A program made the position numbers and the translations under genes. The notes under the pieces were generated by a model that was not told where the DNA came from, did not search any database, and was given only the letters and a program-made list of their open reading frames with translations. A DNA stretch of 63,777 bases, counting the filler, from Psammoneis japonica (Eukaryota), in NCBI GenBank assembly GCA_008632985.1. It is 8 parts of 8 records of this genome, joined end to end, with 100 filler letters (N's around TTAATTAATTAA, not from the genome) between each part and the next. Parts side by side here need not be neighbours in the genome. Positions count along the whole stretch, not along the records: positions 34,916 to 43,000 come from QPGO01000545.1; positions 43,101 to 50,787 come from QPGO01000548.1; positions 50,888 to 57,736 come from QPGO01000550.1; 5 more parts are not named here. One strand, 5' to 3'. Below, piece by piece: positions 38,500 to 50,888 of this stretch (its first letter is position 1; the number at the start of each line of letters is the position of its first letter).

Positions 38500-39324
38500 T
38501 TGAGCTCGGGATGTGGGCCTGAACTGGACGGTTCACCCGAGTTCAACGCCAAAACGGCTAACTGCTGCCAAGGCCTTATTGGTGTGCTACGATGGGTAGT
38601 TGAACTAGGGCGAGTGGACATTTTTGTCGCTGTCTCGCTCATGTCCTCCTACCTAGCAGCACCACGAGTTGGACACCTGGACGAGGTGCTCCACATCTTT
38701 GCATGATTGAAGGCTCACTCTAAGTCTGCGCTAGTTGTGTTCGACGACACTGAGCCTGTCTTTGATGAGAGTTGTTTTACCAAGTGCGATTGGGAAGAAT
38801 GTTGCCCTGGCATGGCTGAACCAATGCCGCCGAATGTGCCGGAGGCACGCGGGAATAGCGTGACCACCACTTGCTTTGTCGATGCTGATCACGCCAGATG
38901 CCGTGTGACATGCAGGTCCCATGCTGGGATCCTGATGTTCATCCAACGAGCGCCCATCTTGTATTACTCTAAGCGGCAGAATACCATAGAGTCCTCTACT
39001 TTTGGGTCGGAGTTCGTGGCTATGAAGACCACAGTGGAGCAAATTGAAGCCTTGCGTTACAAGCTTCAGATGCTCGGAATCCCCATGGATGGGGCCACTA
39101 ACGTTTTCTGCGACAATGAGGCTGTCTTCAAGAACTCAACTAAACCAGAGTCCACTTTAAAGAAGAAGCACAATGCAATTGCCTGTCACAGGACTCGTGA
39201 GGCACAAGCCGCTGGAACAGTGCACATTGCTTGGGAAGACGGACACACGAATTTAGCGGACGTACTAACTAAGTTGTTGCCTGGACCGAAGCTCTGGGAA
39301 ATCATAAGTCATATCCTATGGTGA
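38500..39324 (+). mobile_element. Copia (CoDi-like) RT C-terminus and RNase H, with an in-frame stop at 38704-38706
   Basis: LIGVLRWVVELGRVDI, FVDADHA, SKRQNTIESSTFGSEFVA, FCDNEAV, STLKKKHNAI, NLADVLTK. Confidence 0.92.
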
Positions 39325-39467
39325 GTCCCAAAAGGGGACAAACCGAACGGGTTTGCCGCGTAGGTGTGGCTTTTCCCATCCCCAAAATGAAAATACTACC
39401 CTGGAACAGGGCAGCATCAGGTTGCATTTGTCTGTCGATCTGGCCCGAGTGGAGCTAGTGTCAGTTT

Positions 39468-39605
39468 GAGGGGACTGAATAAATGCTGATATGCTGTCAC
39501 GAATGTAGGCAGTTTATGTGCTGTTGGCGATTGGTCCACTGTCGCTTATTTAGTGGTCCCAGTAGCGTAACATCTCACAATTCTAGAACCTGTTGATGCT
39601 GTTCA
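39468..39605 (+). mobile_element. Putative polypurine tract and short 3' LTR of the Copia element
   Basis: GAGGGGAC then TGAA (39476)...TTCA (39605), about 150 nt after the pol stop. No second LTR is present to confirm it. Confidence 0.4.
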
Positions 39606-39633
39606 ACACTCTGTCTTGTCTTACACCCAATTC

Positions 39634-41145
39634 TTAGCTATCATGGTAGTGTTTATTCAGCATTTCATTGATGACATCCCAATTGGATGAAAGAACATTG
39701 GCATCGTGCTGTCGTAGATGAAAGTCTTGGTCGGAATGCTCTTGTGCCGACGGATCAATGGAAGGACGGCTGTAAGACAATCTGGAAAGGACTCGGACCA
39801 AGGCCTTGTTGTCACACCAGTTGTTGACACCTTCGTGCGTTGACATCTTGCAGAACTCAATCAGACGATAGATGAACCGAATCAGGGAAAGAAAACCGTG
39901 TGCCTCGGCTCAATAGGATGATGGCAAACGACCAAACACCAGACCAGCACAATCCACCAAGGGTCTGCCGTTGAATGCAACAGTCCATCTGAAGGTGGCG
40001 TCATGATGAAGCACGGATCCGTCACTCCCCGCCATGAGGCGACTTGATGCAAAATAGTCCACTAGTTCATAAACGGAAATGTGGAAATCAATGTCTGAAA
40101 AGAGAGAGGACTCCCAGGGAGGCAATGCTTTTAAGCGGTCTGCAAATAGGTCGGGTAAGGGTGGAGTTGTTTCAACCGAGAGTTTTGGGCGATGAGGAAT
40201 GTATTTCCATCTGCCATCTTCTATAGAGACAATCTCAACCGGGAATGATGAGTCAGAGGGGGAGGGAACCGTTTCGATTTGGTGCATCGACGTAGCGACA
40301 GTGTCCTGGACCAGAAAAACATCAAATCCTGATGGAGATCGAACGTATAAGCATGACTCTTCGGGAGACCAATACGCTGAACATTGCATCCTCATTTCAG
40401 AAGGGGGCACTAGCCAGTCTCCTAAGGGAGCTTTCAGACGAACTGAGTCTTGATGGCACAACAATTCACATAACCGCATCCAAGGACTCCATGCACGGTG
40501 GCAAGGTTTAATCTGTTCCACGTTGTTGAGGGTACTAACACTGCTGAGGTACGTAGGATCACCATAAACTTTGGACTCATCTAAGAAATGTCCGTCTGCC
40601 AAAGTGACATCCAAGACTGTCAGGACCCGAAGATACAAGCGGCAACAGTTGATCCATCTGATCTCTCTAGAAGAGAATGCTTGTGACTCCAGAGCAACAT
40701 CCATTAAAAACTGATCGTTGACTCTTTGCAAGGGGAGGACACCGTCTTGGGACAATGTAATGTATCCTCCAATGCGCTGTAGAAATGACTGAACTGACGC
40801 AAACCACAGCGACTCATTATGTGGATGAGGAGCATTGACATCTCTGAGGAAGCTAACCCCCATGCCTGGATGCAGCTGATTCCATGCAATGGGAATGTAA
40901 ACCGCAGCACATGGTTGGTTGTCTTGTGTGAGATGCTGTGCACTGTGAGAATGTTTCAATAACTGTTGTATTTGGGCAATGCCCTGCTCAACGTTGAGAG
41001 ATCGAAATCCACCACCACCGAGAGATTGCGGGCCGTATAGAATCAGACGCTTTGCACTCCTGTTGTAACAGCATTTGGCGAACATAACTCTCATAGCATG
41101 TTGCTGTATTTGTTTCAACACTTTGGAAGCAAAGTGAGAGTTAGC
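39634..41145 (-). mobile_element. Ambal-like non-LTR retrotransposon, internal fragment (copy 3, lightly mutated)
   Basis: 403-aa ORF aligns colinearly with 2960-4170 (GPQ.LGGGGFRSL, LPLQR.NDQF, TLADG, PLGDW, AGSDGSV). Continues as CDNKALV...WDVINEML. Confidence 0.9.
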
Positions 41146-41151
41146 AAGGAC

Positions 41152-42852
41152 AAGGCCCTGCTTGTTGCATCATATGACAAAGCGCTACGTCAGGCGATTG
41201 CGTCCGACGAAAATGTCATGGATCATCTCCATAAGGACGGAGCAATGTACTTCTACCACGGCTTCAAGCAGCTGTTCCCGTTGCCTGAGATGTATGTTAA
41301 CGGCATCCAGACAAAATTGTCTGAGGTTTCTCTTATCAACGATTGCAACGGCAATGTCAACACGTACAAGCATAAGTTCAGGCAGTACCTCCGCCTAGTT
41401 CATAAGCGCAATGACACACTCGAGTGCACTCTCATTGAGAAAGCCTTCACCTAACTCCAAACCGCCACATGGAAGCCATTCGCAGCCAAGATGGCCAAGC
41501 ACAAGACGGGCTGGATGCTTAAGAAACATGTTAAGTGGACCGTCGAGACCCCATTCGAGGAAGCCAACAGCCTCCAGATGGCACTTAAGGCACAGGATCT
41601 TTGGGACAAACCTTCCATGGAAGAAACCCAGTTCATGGCCATGCTGGCTCAGAACGAACAGCTCGTCAGCTTTGCACAGCAGATGACGAAGGTTGCCTCT
41701 ACTTTCCAGTCGTCCCTGCAGCAGAGTACGCGATACGAGCGTCGTAACAACCGTTACAACAAAGTGGAAGCACACATTTTCGAATTCCCAGCCAATGCAC
41801 TATGGGGCATTGAAACGGACGAGGTCATCGCCAAGAAATCCGATGACCAGACATCTGTGCATTTCACGCAACGTGCGCTCAAGGCCCTGCTTGTTGCCTC
41901 GTATGACAAAGAGCTACGTCAGGTGATTGCGTCCGACGAAAATGTCATGGATCATCTCCATAAGGACGGAGCAATGCACTTGCACCACGGCTTCAAGCAG
42001 CTGTTCCCGTCGCCCGAGATGTACATTAACGGCATCCAGACAAAATTGTCCGAGGTTTCTCTTATCAACGATTGCAACGGCAACGTCAACACGTACATGC
42101 ATAAGTTCAGGCAGTACCTCCGCCTAGTTCATAAGCGCAACGACATGCTCGAGTACACTCTCATTGAGAAAGCCTTCACCAAACTCCAAACCACCGCATG
42201 CAAGCTATTTGCAGCCAAGATGGCCGAGCACAAGATGGACTGGATGCATAAGAAACATGTTAAGTGGACCGTCGAGACCCCATTCGAGGAAGCCAACAGC
42301 CTCCAGACAGCACTTAAGGCACAGGATCTTTGGGACAAACCTTCCATGGAAGAAACCCAGTTCATGGCCATGCTGGCTCAGAACAAACAGCTTGTCAGCT
42401 TTGCGCAGCAGATGACAAAGGTCGCCTCTGCTTTCCAGTCATCCCTACAGCAGAGTACGCGATACGAGCATCGTAACAACCGTTGCAACCGCCGTGACAA
42501 CCGCCGGGGACATCAGGGTTGTGGTGGTCACGGAAACAGTCGTGACCGCGTACCTTGCCATGGTTCCCCTCCGTTCTTGTACATTGAACCCAAGAACAAA
42601 GAAACAGAAAAGGAGTGGGGTAACAAGAAGTGGCATTGGTGTGACACATGCAAGATGTACTCCACTCGCCACAGCACCGGCACCCACGATGAGTGCATTG
42701 CCTCCAATGACAACAAGAGCGCCAAGTGTCCTGGAAACGTGCAATCCAAATCTGGATGTGACCACAAGCGCCAGAAGGCTAGTTCCAAGATTCAGCAGAA
42801 AACGTATCAGCGGTGTGGTAAGTGCGGTCATAACGGCGGTATGGAAATCTGA
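41152..42852 (+). mobile_element. Copia-type gag-like ORF with an internal duplication of about 610 bp (41152-41760 and 41881-42489, offset 729)
   Basis: Duplicated KALLVASYDK...RNNR. C-terminal WHWCDTC....H....H motif of diatom CoDi gag. Stop at 41452 in the first copy. Confidence 0.75.
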
Positions 42853-43184
42853 TTGGACAAACGATGTCAGCTAAAAACTTTGTTGTTCACAATAAGTAAT
42901 GTTGACAAGTTGCAGAAATTTGCTGCAAACTTGTCCCTCTCTCAATCTGTTGCCTCTCTTGAACAGAAGAGGGGAGAAGGTAATTAGAAAACAACTAATG
43001 NNNNNNNNNNNNNNNNNNNNNNNNNNNNNNNNNNNNNNNNNNNNTTAATTAATTAANNNNNNNNNNNNNNNNNNNNNNNNNNNNNNNNNNNNNNNNNNNN
43101 AAGGGGTGTATAGGGATAGAAAAGTTGAGCAAGGAGACACGTTAGCAGAACAATTGGAAAAAACAAGTCCATAACAACACTTAC

Positions 43185-44579
43185 AACTTCATTGGTTGCA
43201 TTAAAGGCTTCACTACCCAGTGACTCCAAGACGTCATTGTATTGTTGTTTGAGCCGTGGCGTGATTGGATTGTCCTCGGTGAGCAATCCCGGGTCGGTAC
43301 GCCACGTTTTGATAAAGGCAATCCACATGCATGCCATGCTACAAATGGTAAAAAAGTGCAGCGCCGTCTTGTCCCACAACAGTCCCTGTCCGACCGAAAA
43401 GACGGGCGTAAAGACAAATGGAAACCAAAGTCCAGCGAGTAGCATGTTGCCAACGGTAATGAGAAAGGGCAATTTGGGTGCTTCATCGACATTGTCATTA
43501 TTTTGACATCCCAACCACGTTTTCCACGCATGAATCGAAAGCATGGGACGACAATTGGAGACAATGTATCGTTTCCAATAATAGGCAAACAGACTACTGC
43601 CATGAGCACGAATCGGCACAACTCGATCCATTTCGTGTTGTAACACGGATGCCACGGTGGGTTTGTTCTTTTGTAGGGCCAGATCCAACGGTGTCTTTTC
43701 GTTCTTGTCCTGGCAAAGCAACATTTCTTGTAATTGTCGAGTCGACGTGGATTCTTCCAACAAGTACCGTACGACACTTGTATTTCCCCGCAAACTCGCC
43801 AAGTGCAACGGTGTTTGACCAAACGCATCTTGTTTCAATAATAGTTCGTGTTGATTCGTTTGATGCAATAGAAATCCACAAACCTCCATACTTCCTTTGT
43901 AGCACGCCCAGTGCAGCGCTGTATCCATGGAGGAATCGACGGCATTCAAATTGGCACGTGCCTTGTAGCATAAGAACGCCACGAGATTGGCATGTCCGTA
44001 CTGTGCGGCAATCAAGAGGGGCGTACAACCGGCTTGATCCGTCAATTCCGCCTGTGCTCCGTGCTTCAACAAACACGCCACGTGGGGAATACTACCCTCG
44101 GTACATGCCCAATGCAACGGACGCATTCCCGTGTCATCCTTGGTTGGCACATTAATGATTTGTGTATTAGTAGTAGTACCATCCAGTCTCGTACAAAGAA
44201 ATTCCAAAAAGGACACATTATCCACACGCTTGGCGGCCCAATGAACGAGCGAATGTTGTTGTTGTTGATCTGGTGTGTGTTGCAAGACGGCGTTGAGTAA
44301 ATCGGCCTTTTCAAACGCACTCGCAACAACTTCAAAGGCTTGATAGGAACCCATTTTCACAAGAGTCATGAGTGTCCTAACGTGATCCTCGGTCGAACCC
44401 GATTCAATCAAATCATCAATCGATAACTGCGGCAGAGGCGGTTGTTGCGAATGGGAAGGATGAATATGATTATTGCAGCAAGTACCATCATGATGCTGAT
44501 GATTATGCTGATGATTATGATGATGATTCGTCTGTGACAATTCCAGAGTCGTGGCACCCGTCAAGCTTATTTCCTCCAT
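43185..44579 (-). CDS. Ankyrin-repeat palmitoyltransferase (AKR1/ZDHHC17-like), first exon. 3' part lost at the contig edge
   Basis: Ankyrin repeats (PLHWAC, TPLLIAAQYGH, TALHWAC, TPLHLA, TPLDLA), then two hydrophobic segments and TDPG. Donor GTAAGT at 43184. The DHHC motif itself is not in the window. Confidence 0.8.
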
Positions 44580-47299
44580 GGTGTGTATGTCGTCGTTTGT
44601 AGAAGGACGGCAGTGGTGCTGTTGTTTGCGGCGGCCATTGTCTCTCACACACAACGATAGGATCGAGCAGGCAGGCGCAGGCGACGGACGAGATTCGTCA
44701 ACGGAAATGTTGTACTGAGATACACGTAAGTACATATTCGTAAGATGTGGTATAAAACATAAAATATCGAAAAAAATAGATAAAGCTTGGTCACGACGGA
44801 TTACCCGAGAAGCGCCCACTTGACATGCTGCTCCAGCAATTGTTGCACCCCGAGACCAATCTACTCCCAAGTGCCAAGAACAGTGGCAGGCAAGGTAAGA
44901 AGGATCTGCAGAAGCTGGCGACTCCACCACCAAGTCGCACATCCCACATGTCATGCACAGAACACACCCGCTCTTTTGATTTCTTGTCTCAGGCCTGCCA
45001 CCCACTGCTGACATGATGAGTTGCAATGACAAAGTGCAAAAGTTTTGTAAGAAACATCCCACAGGACTGTGGGTTAAGACAAGCAAATGGTGGGATTGCA
45101 ATTTTTGCTCTCAAAGACAAGGTGCTGGTGTTTGCAGAGAGTTGGGGGTCAACAGAAATGGGGACAATTGCACAAGATCCTCTCGCAATGTAGAGCCCAA
45201 GGAAAAGATTGGCACCTGTTGCACAACCGCAGAGAGCCAGCCACAGCTGAGGAATTTTTTGCAGCCGGAGGAATCATTGCAGTTGGCAGCAACATTCCTG
45301 CAGGAAGAGGATCCATCACTGGAGGAATTTTTGTGGGGATTGGAGGTGAGGAGGATGGAGGCGTTGCTGCGAATGTCGTCGCCAGTGTTGTCAAGTCAAT
45401 GGAGGTTGAAGGAAGCATTGTTCATGAAGTCAGCAGGATGGCATGGGGAACTTGGCTGCTGGTTGGAGCAGCAGAGACCACTTTGTGGCTGGCCAGAGCA
45501 GAGAGGGGGAAGAATGGTTTGTTCGCCAAGGCAGTCCTTTGCTTTGCCACACACAAATTTGAGTTGAGCGGGTCACAGCAAGTGACCTGCAAGAAAAGAA
45601 TTTGCCAGTGTGGAAAAGGCTGAGCAAATGGGAAAGAAGCCCCACAACAAACAGTCGAAAGTCTTGAATCATTGTGTGCAACCGCCAACAACAGAGTCAG
45701 TGTCTGAGGCATCACTCGGAGACTCGCTCATTTTCTGCAGCCCTTGCCTCATTGTGAGGGAATCAATTGTTGTCCAAGAAGTGAGATCTTTGCTCTTTGT
45801 CAAGCTCAACTTTCATTCAGAAAGTTGAGCTGGAACAAGTTGATTGAAGCTGCTTTGCAACTGGAGAAAAGACTGGACTGGCTGAAGCCGCATTTGCTGT
45901 GCGCAGCTCACTCGTTCCACATCAGTTAACTCACTTGCAGATTCCCTGCATGATCAAAGGCAAACAGTTGAGCAACATTGCCTTGCATGACCACAGTTCC
46001 ACCAGCAAATGTCAACATGGAGGGAACAATGAACAAAAGAGCTGGAAGCCCCAAGCTTGAAATTCCCGGAACAAACTTGAGTGCCAAACAACCTGTGGCA
46101 AACCCCAGCAAGCAGGCTGCAAAGCAATTGCTGTCTTTCTGCTTTTTGATCAAACCAAGGGCAAAATGCAGATGATGGACAAGGAAAGATGGCATCTCCC
46201 AGCCCCCCAACAAGTTGATGACAAAGTCACTTTCTTGTTGTCACTCTGGATGGAACCACACAAACCCAGTTGTCTCTGCAGTCAAAGTGTTGCATTGACA
46301 ACCGGGCTCTCTGAGGCACAAAGTGGTCTCCATGTCAAACAAAAAGAAGATTCCTCTTTGCATTCAAATGACTGGCACTTCAGCAAACAACATCATTTGG
46401 CTTGTGGTTGTGGCAGGGAGAACAAGGTCCAATTCTCAAGGCACATGAACAAGGACATGAGGAATGGATTGTGCTGGCAGATCAAGGTTCTTGACTTTCA
46501 GATGTTCTTGCCATGAGAGTCAGTTGCAAAAATGATGAAGATCCAGAGGAGAATGGCTGGCCTGTCAGGACTTGTCTGATCAAAATGAATGAAAACACTG
46601 CTGAATCAAATCTTCAGCTTTGTCAGCTCATTGAGAACTGGACAACAAAACACAAAGACAACAAGCACAAGACACAAGACAGAGCAGCATGTTGCTGATG
46701 ATGACGCATTGTGTGATGTTGTGCACTCTCCGTGTGTTTCACCTGACCATTTGTGGGCTGCCAGCAGCACCATCGTAAAGTTGGTCAGAGAGGCACATGA
46801 GATGAAGACAATGCTGATGAGACATTTTGCAAAACTCACACTGATGTCGCAAAGTTGCAGCTTGCTGGTGATGAATGTCCAGACAATGCAAAAGAGGATT
46901 GTGGATGTCCTTTTCCCTGACAACACACACGACTAAAAAATAAAAAAAAAGCTCCACTCAATGAAATTGCCTGCTGAAACCATGAATCTTGAAATGATCC
47001 GTCTCTCCAAATGTCATGAAAAGGCGTTTCTGTTTTTGATTCCCTTTGTCGTGGTGCATCCTGTCCAAGTCCCATGCCAAGCTGCTTTTTTGTGAAAAAG
47101 AGATTGCTTGCCGGCAGCTTTTCAGGTGGTTCCAAGAATGTGCCTGTGTGTGACAGAGACGATGCTAGCAGTTCCACAGACGTCACAAGCTTCCTCTGTT
47201 GACATGCTTTCATGAGCCAACTGCAGCACTTGAAATTGTTGCAATCAACACATTCTACAATCTGCTGCATTTCGTAAACATCTGTTGATCATGCTTCAA

Positions 47300-49950
47300 T
47301 TCTAACAGGCGGAAAGGCACTCGGATGTCGTGTCAACGTCAATGTGCCCGGTGGGCTTGAAGACATGAACAAAGTAATGCGGAACAAGCTTGTTGTCCTT
47401 GAAGACATTGAGGATTGCAGCCTTGCACTTCTTGCCATCCTTCTTGCAGTGCACATCCTCACCCTTCTCAAATGCATCTTTCTGGATGAAACTCTTGGAG
47501 TCTCGAGTGGCAACGCCGGCCTGCTTGTCAGGTTCATTTTCCTTCTCACCAAACGAGTCACATTTTGCCGTGCTCTTGGCCTTCTTCTTGGCCTTTTCAG
47601 CATCTGCCAACTCTGCCTCTGCCTTGCCAACATCTGCAGCAGAGACGTTGATCGGCATGTCAAACTGACAGGGAGCATTTGTTGCAGAAGTTGCTCCCTG
47701 CTTGGCATCCTTCACAAGCTCAAGATGCCTCTCACATTCTGCAGCTGCATTGTCCAATTGGTCCAAATGAGTGCAGCATTGACACCTCCTCAGCCTTGCC
47801 TTCATGTGGAGAGGGTGGATCCGCAGAGCGGCCGCACATTCCTCAGAAGCCTCGAGATGCTTGCTCACAGCCACAAAACAAGCTGCGCGGTTGCACGACA
47901 ATGCCAGTGGAGTCCACCTCCAGCACTTGGGTTGCCGCCATGGAAATTGTTGACCTCCAAACCTTCCGCATCAATGGTTGTAACTTTCACACACTGCCCA
48001 CAAGCATCTTGACAGTGGCCAATCGTGTGCAGAGAATCGCCACTCTTCTTTCCAAGATGGTGCACGACAGCTATCCTGCTCACCAGGTGGCCAGGAAAAC
48101 TCTGCCCGGCATGTGTCACAATCTTGCATTTGCTGTTGACCTGTGCTTGCTTCAAGAGCCTTGATGGCAGTGGTTGCTTCCGTGCAATTCTCTTCCAGTC
48201 GCAAAACACGCAGATGCATGGGCAACATTGAATGGGAGAGGCACAACGCAACCTCCACCACACCCGCAGCATCAAGTTTCTTGGTGGAAACGCCATTGTG
48301 CAATGAAGCCCGGTCAAAACACTTGGTCGTCAACACCTTGGCAGGAGACACACCGGGAAAAGGATTCAAATCAGCCAGCGAATCCTTGAAAACACCATCC
48401 AACGCAACCTTGGCATCCGCATGTTGCTCGCAATGAAGAGCAACTTCTCGCCAACGACAAAGAGAGGCCAACAGATTCACCTTGTTGTGATGCAACTTGT
48501 CACTGCCTGACGCAATCTCAAGTGCACCCGTGACTTGATTGAGACACTCTGTTTGGTTCTTTTCATTCGAATCCGGAAAGGGACTCAGAACAGCATTGTG
48601 GAACTTTTCAATGAACTTGATGGCATCATGACACAGTTTTGCTTGACTCCTGTAAAGAACAGCATCCTGCAAATTTGGTTCAAGGAGTCTTCCATCTCCT
48701 TGTTGCTGTGGCATTGCAGCAAAATCAAACTGGCCATGTCAATTGCAAGGGCAAATGCCTTGTCGGCGTCATCCGATCGACCCATGCGTGAAACGGCCTT
48801 GCCCATTCACAAAAAAGAGCTTGGCCTTGAGCGTCGGTCCACCCTCAGTCATTGCATGCACACTCCAGACGTGCTCAAGTGCCTTTTGACAATCTTGAGC
48901 CGCAGCATGATTGGCACCAATCATGAGAATTTCTGCCGCTTGATTGGCCAAAAGCACGGCATGCATGTCATCCCCCATGCAAATTGTGGCATGCTTGGTG
49001 TACGCCGTAAGAGCTTCCATGCATTTCGAAACAATGGACAGTCCACATTTGCATTCTGTGTGTGCAGTTTGAGCCTCATCATGAAGTGATGCAATCAGAT
49101 CATTGGTTCCCATTGACGGCATTGGAGCCACAGAAGGGAACGCCTGCTGTGTTGGTGCTTGAGGAACAAACAGCTGTGGCTGAGGTTGTGATGTCGTCTG
49201 TGCCATCACTTGCGGTGAATGGAGTCATGTTGGATCACACATTGGAACTTGTGGCAAATGCTTGGCAACCCGTGGCTGCGGCAATGGGAAAAAGCCCGTT
49301 GAGGTTGGTGACAGAGTGGCAGAGACGGGTCCACCATTGCGATTGGATCGCTGGGGTGTAGAATGAGTGCTGGCAGGAGCGTTTGCAGCTGCAGTGGGTC
49401 TCATTGGCGCACCCTGGTGTTGCTGCTGCTTTGATGCAGCCGGATTCTTCTTGGACAACTTGGTGTGCTTGGCTCGTTGAATTGTCGAATCAAACATCTG
49501 ACAGCTGGACACTTGCTTTCTGAATTTTCCAGAGTCAAATTGTCAAAATCCGGATGGGGCGAGTGCCGGCAGCAGTCGGTTCGGAACTTCAGGGTGCGAC
49601 GAGCACTGTTGGGTCGCAATTGCACTTGATGTGGACTGCCAATGACACGGCCATGCGGAGGAAGATTTTGCCTGGAAACTGCTTGCAACGGCACGGAGGC
49701 AAATGTGTTTGCAGGAGGAATGGTTGTGGTGCATTCTGCACTGACATTGTTTTCCTTTCCTCCAGAATGATCTTGTTTTTGACCATTCAAAGCGTCCATG
49801 CGATGGGCCGCCGCCACCGCTGGTGCTCGAGGCATCATGGTGGATGTGGAATTGTTGTTTGCATCAGCTCCAAAGTTGTGTGTGAACTGCACGCGAGTTT
49901 CAAATTTCTGTCTGTTTGTCACAGTTCTCAGAAGTGCACTGCAGGCCATG
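47300..49950 (-). pseudogene. Hypermutated, frameshifted copy of a TPR-repeat (DNAJC7-like) host gene
   Basis: AVLLANQAA, AAAQDCQKAL, GDSLH..G.CQDACGQC, CNRAAC, ALRIHPLHMKARLRR, AAAECERHLELV. These are TPR consensus motifs with Tyr replaced by Cys/His. Confidence 0.75.
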
Positions 49951-50139
49951 ATGCAAAGCAGTGGCTGGTGTGTCTCTCACCCGATCGCAAAGCAAGAATT
50001 CCGTTGCATCAAGTTGGGTGCACTTGCATCATTGTGCAAGTGAACAATGTGCCATTTATTTGCAATTGTGGAATCCGTTCACACAATGGAAACTTCGTGC
50101 CCACCGTGCCGAGCCGGCCAAACAGCGCTCACACAATTG

Positions 50140-50710
50140 GCACAGGCGCTCGCACAGCACCGGCAATCAGCGTGCACTGGCGCTTGCATGAGCATCTTTG
50201 GCAAAGACGCTCGCACACAACAGCAAGGGATTGCACCCGACCCAAGTGTTCACAATCCCTTGACAACAGCATCGGCAATCAGCGTGTGCCGGCGCTTGCA
50301 TGGGCATCTTAGGCACAGGCGCTCGCACAGCATCGGCAATCACTGGCGGTGTGGTGAGAGAGCGAGCTCTCTGCTCTCTAGAGTCCACCAGGTTTTTTCC
50401 TCAATGGAGGTGCTAAAATCCACCTCAATTGATGCAGGCAAAATGCGTGTCATGCCAAAAACAATGTGCTGTTTTGGCAAATGACATGAGAGACGACGAT
50501 GTCAACCCCGTTGGGCAAAGTGGTCTCTGCAATGACAATGAAGCCATTTTGCAGCAGCTGCACGTGGCGGACAGCCAGCGCTGGTGCTCACATCATCAGC
50601 ACAGGTGCTTGCACAGCATCGTCAACCAGCTCGTGTGCACCGGCACACTCACATCATCAGCACAGCAGGTGCTTGCACAGCATCGGCAATCAACGTGCAC
50701 CGGCACACTT
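50140..50710. repeat. Degenerate minisatellite of about 60 bp (gcacaggYgctYgcacagcatcggcaatcagcgtgYRcYggc...)
   Basis: Units at about 50140, 50265, 50312, 50599 and 50665. Confidence 0.7.
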
Positions 50711-50888
50711 CACACCCTTCTCAGCCAACTGGGGCACATGGCATTTTGCTGTGTTTCAAGACAAACCTGTTGCGCGAGACTCTGTTTNNNNNNNNNNNNN
50801 NNNNNNNNNNNNNNNNNNNNNNNNNNNNNNNTTAATTAATTAANNNNNNNNNNNNNNNNNNNNNNNNNNNNNNNNNNNNNNNNNNNNC

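Noticed and set aside
50140..50710. CRISPR-like repeat-spacer array (also 36170-36570)
   Set aside because: The units are degenerate tandem repeats without unique constant-length spacers, there are no cas genes, and the context is eukaryotic.
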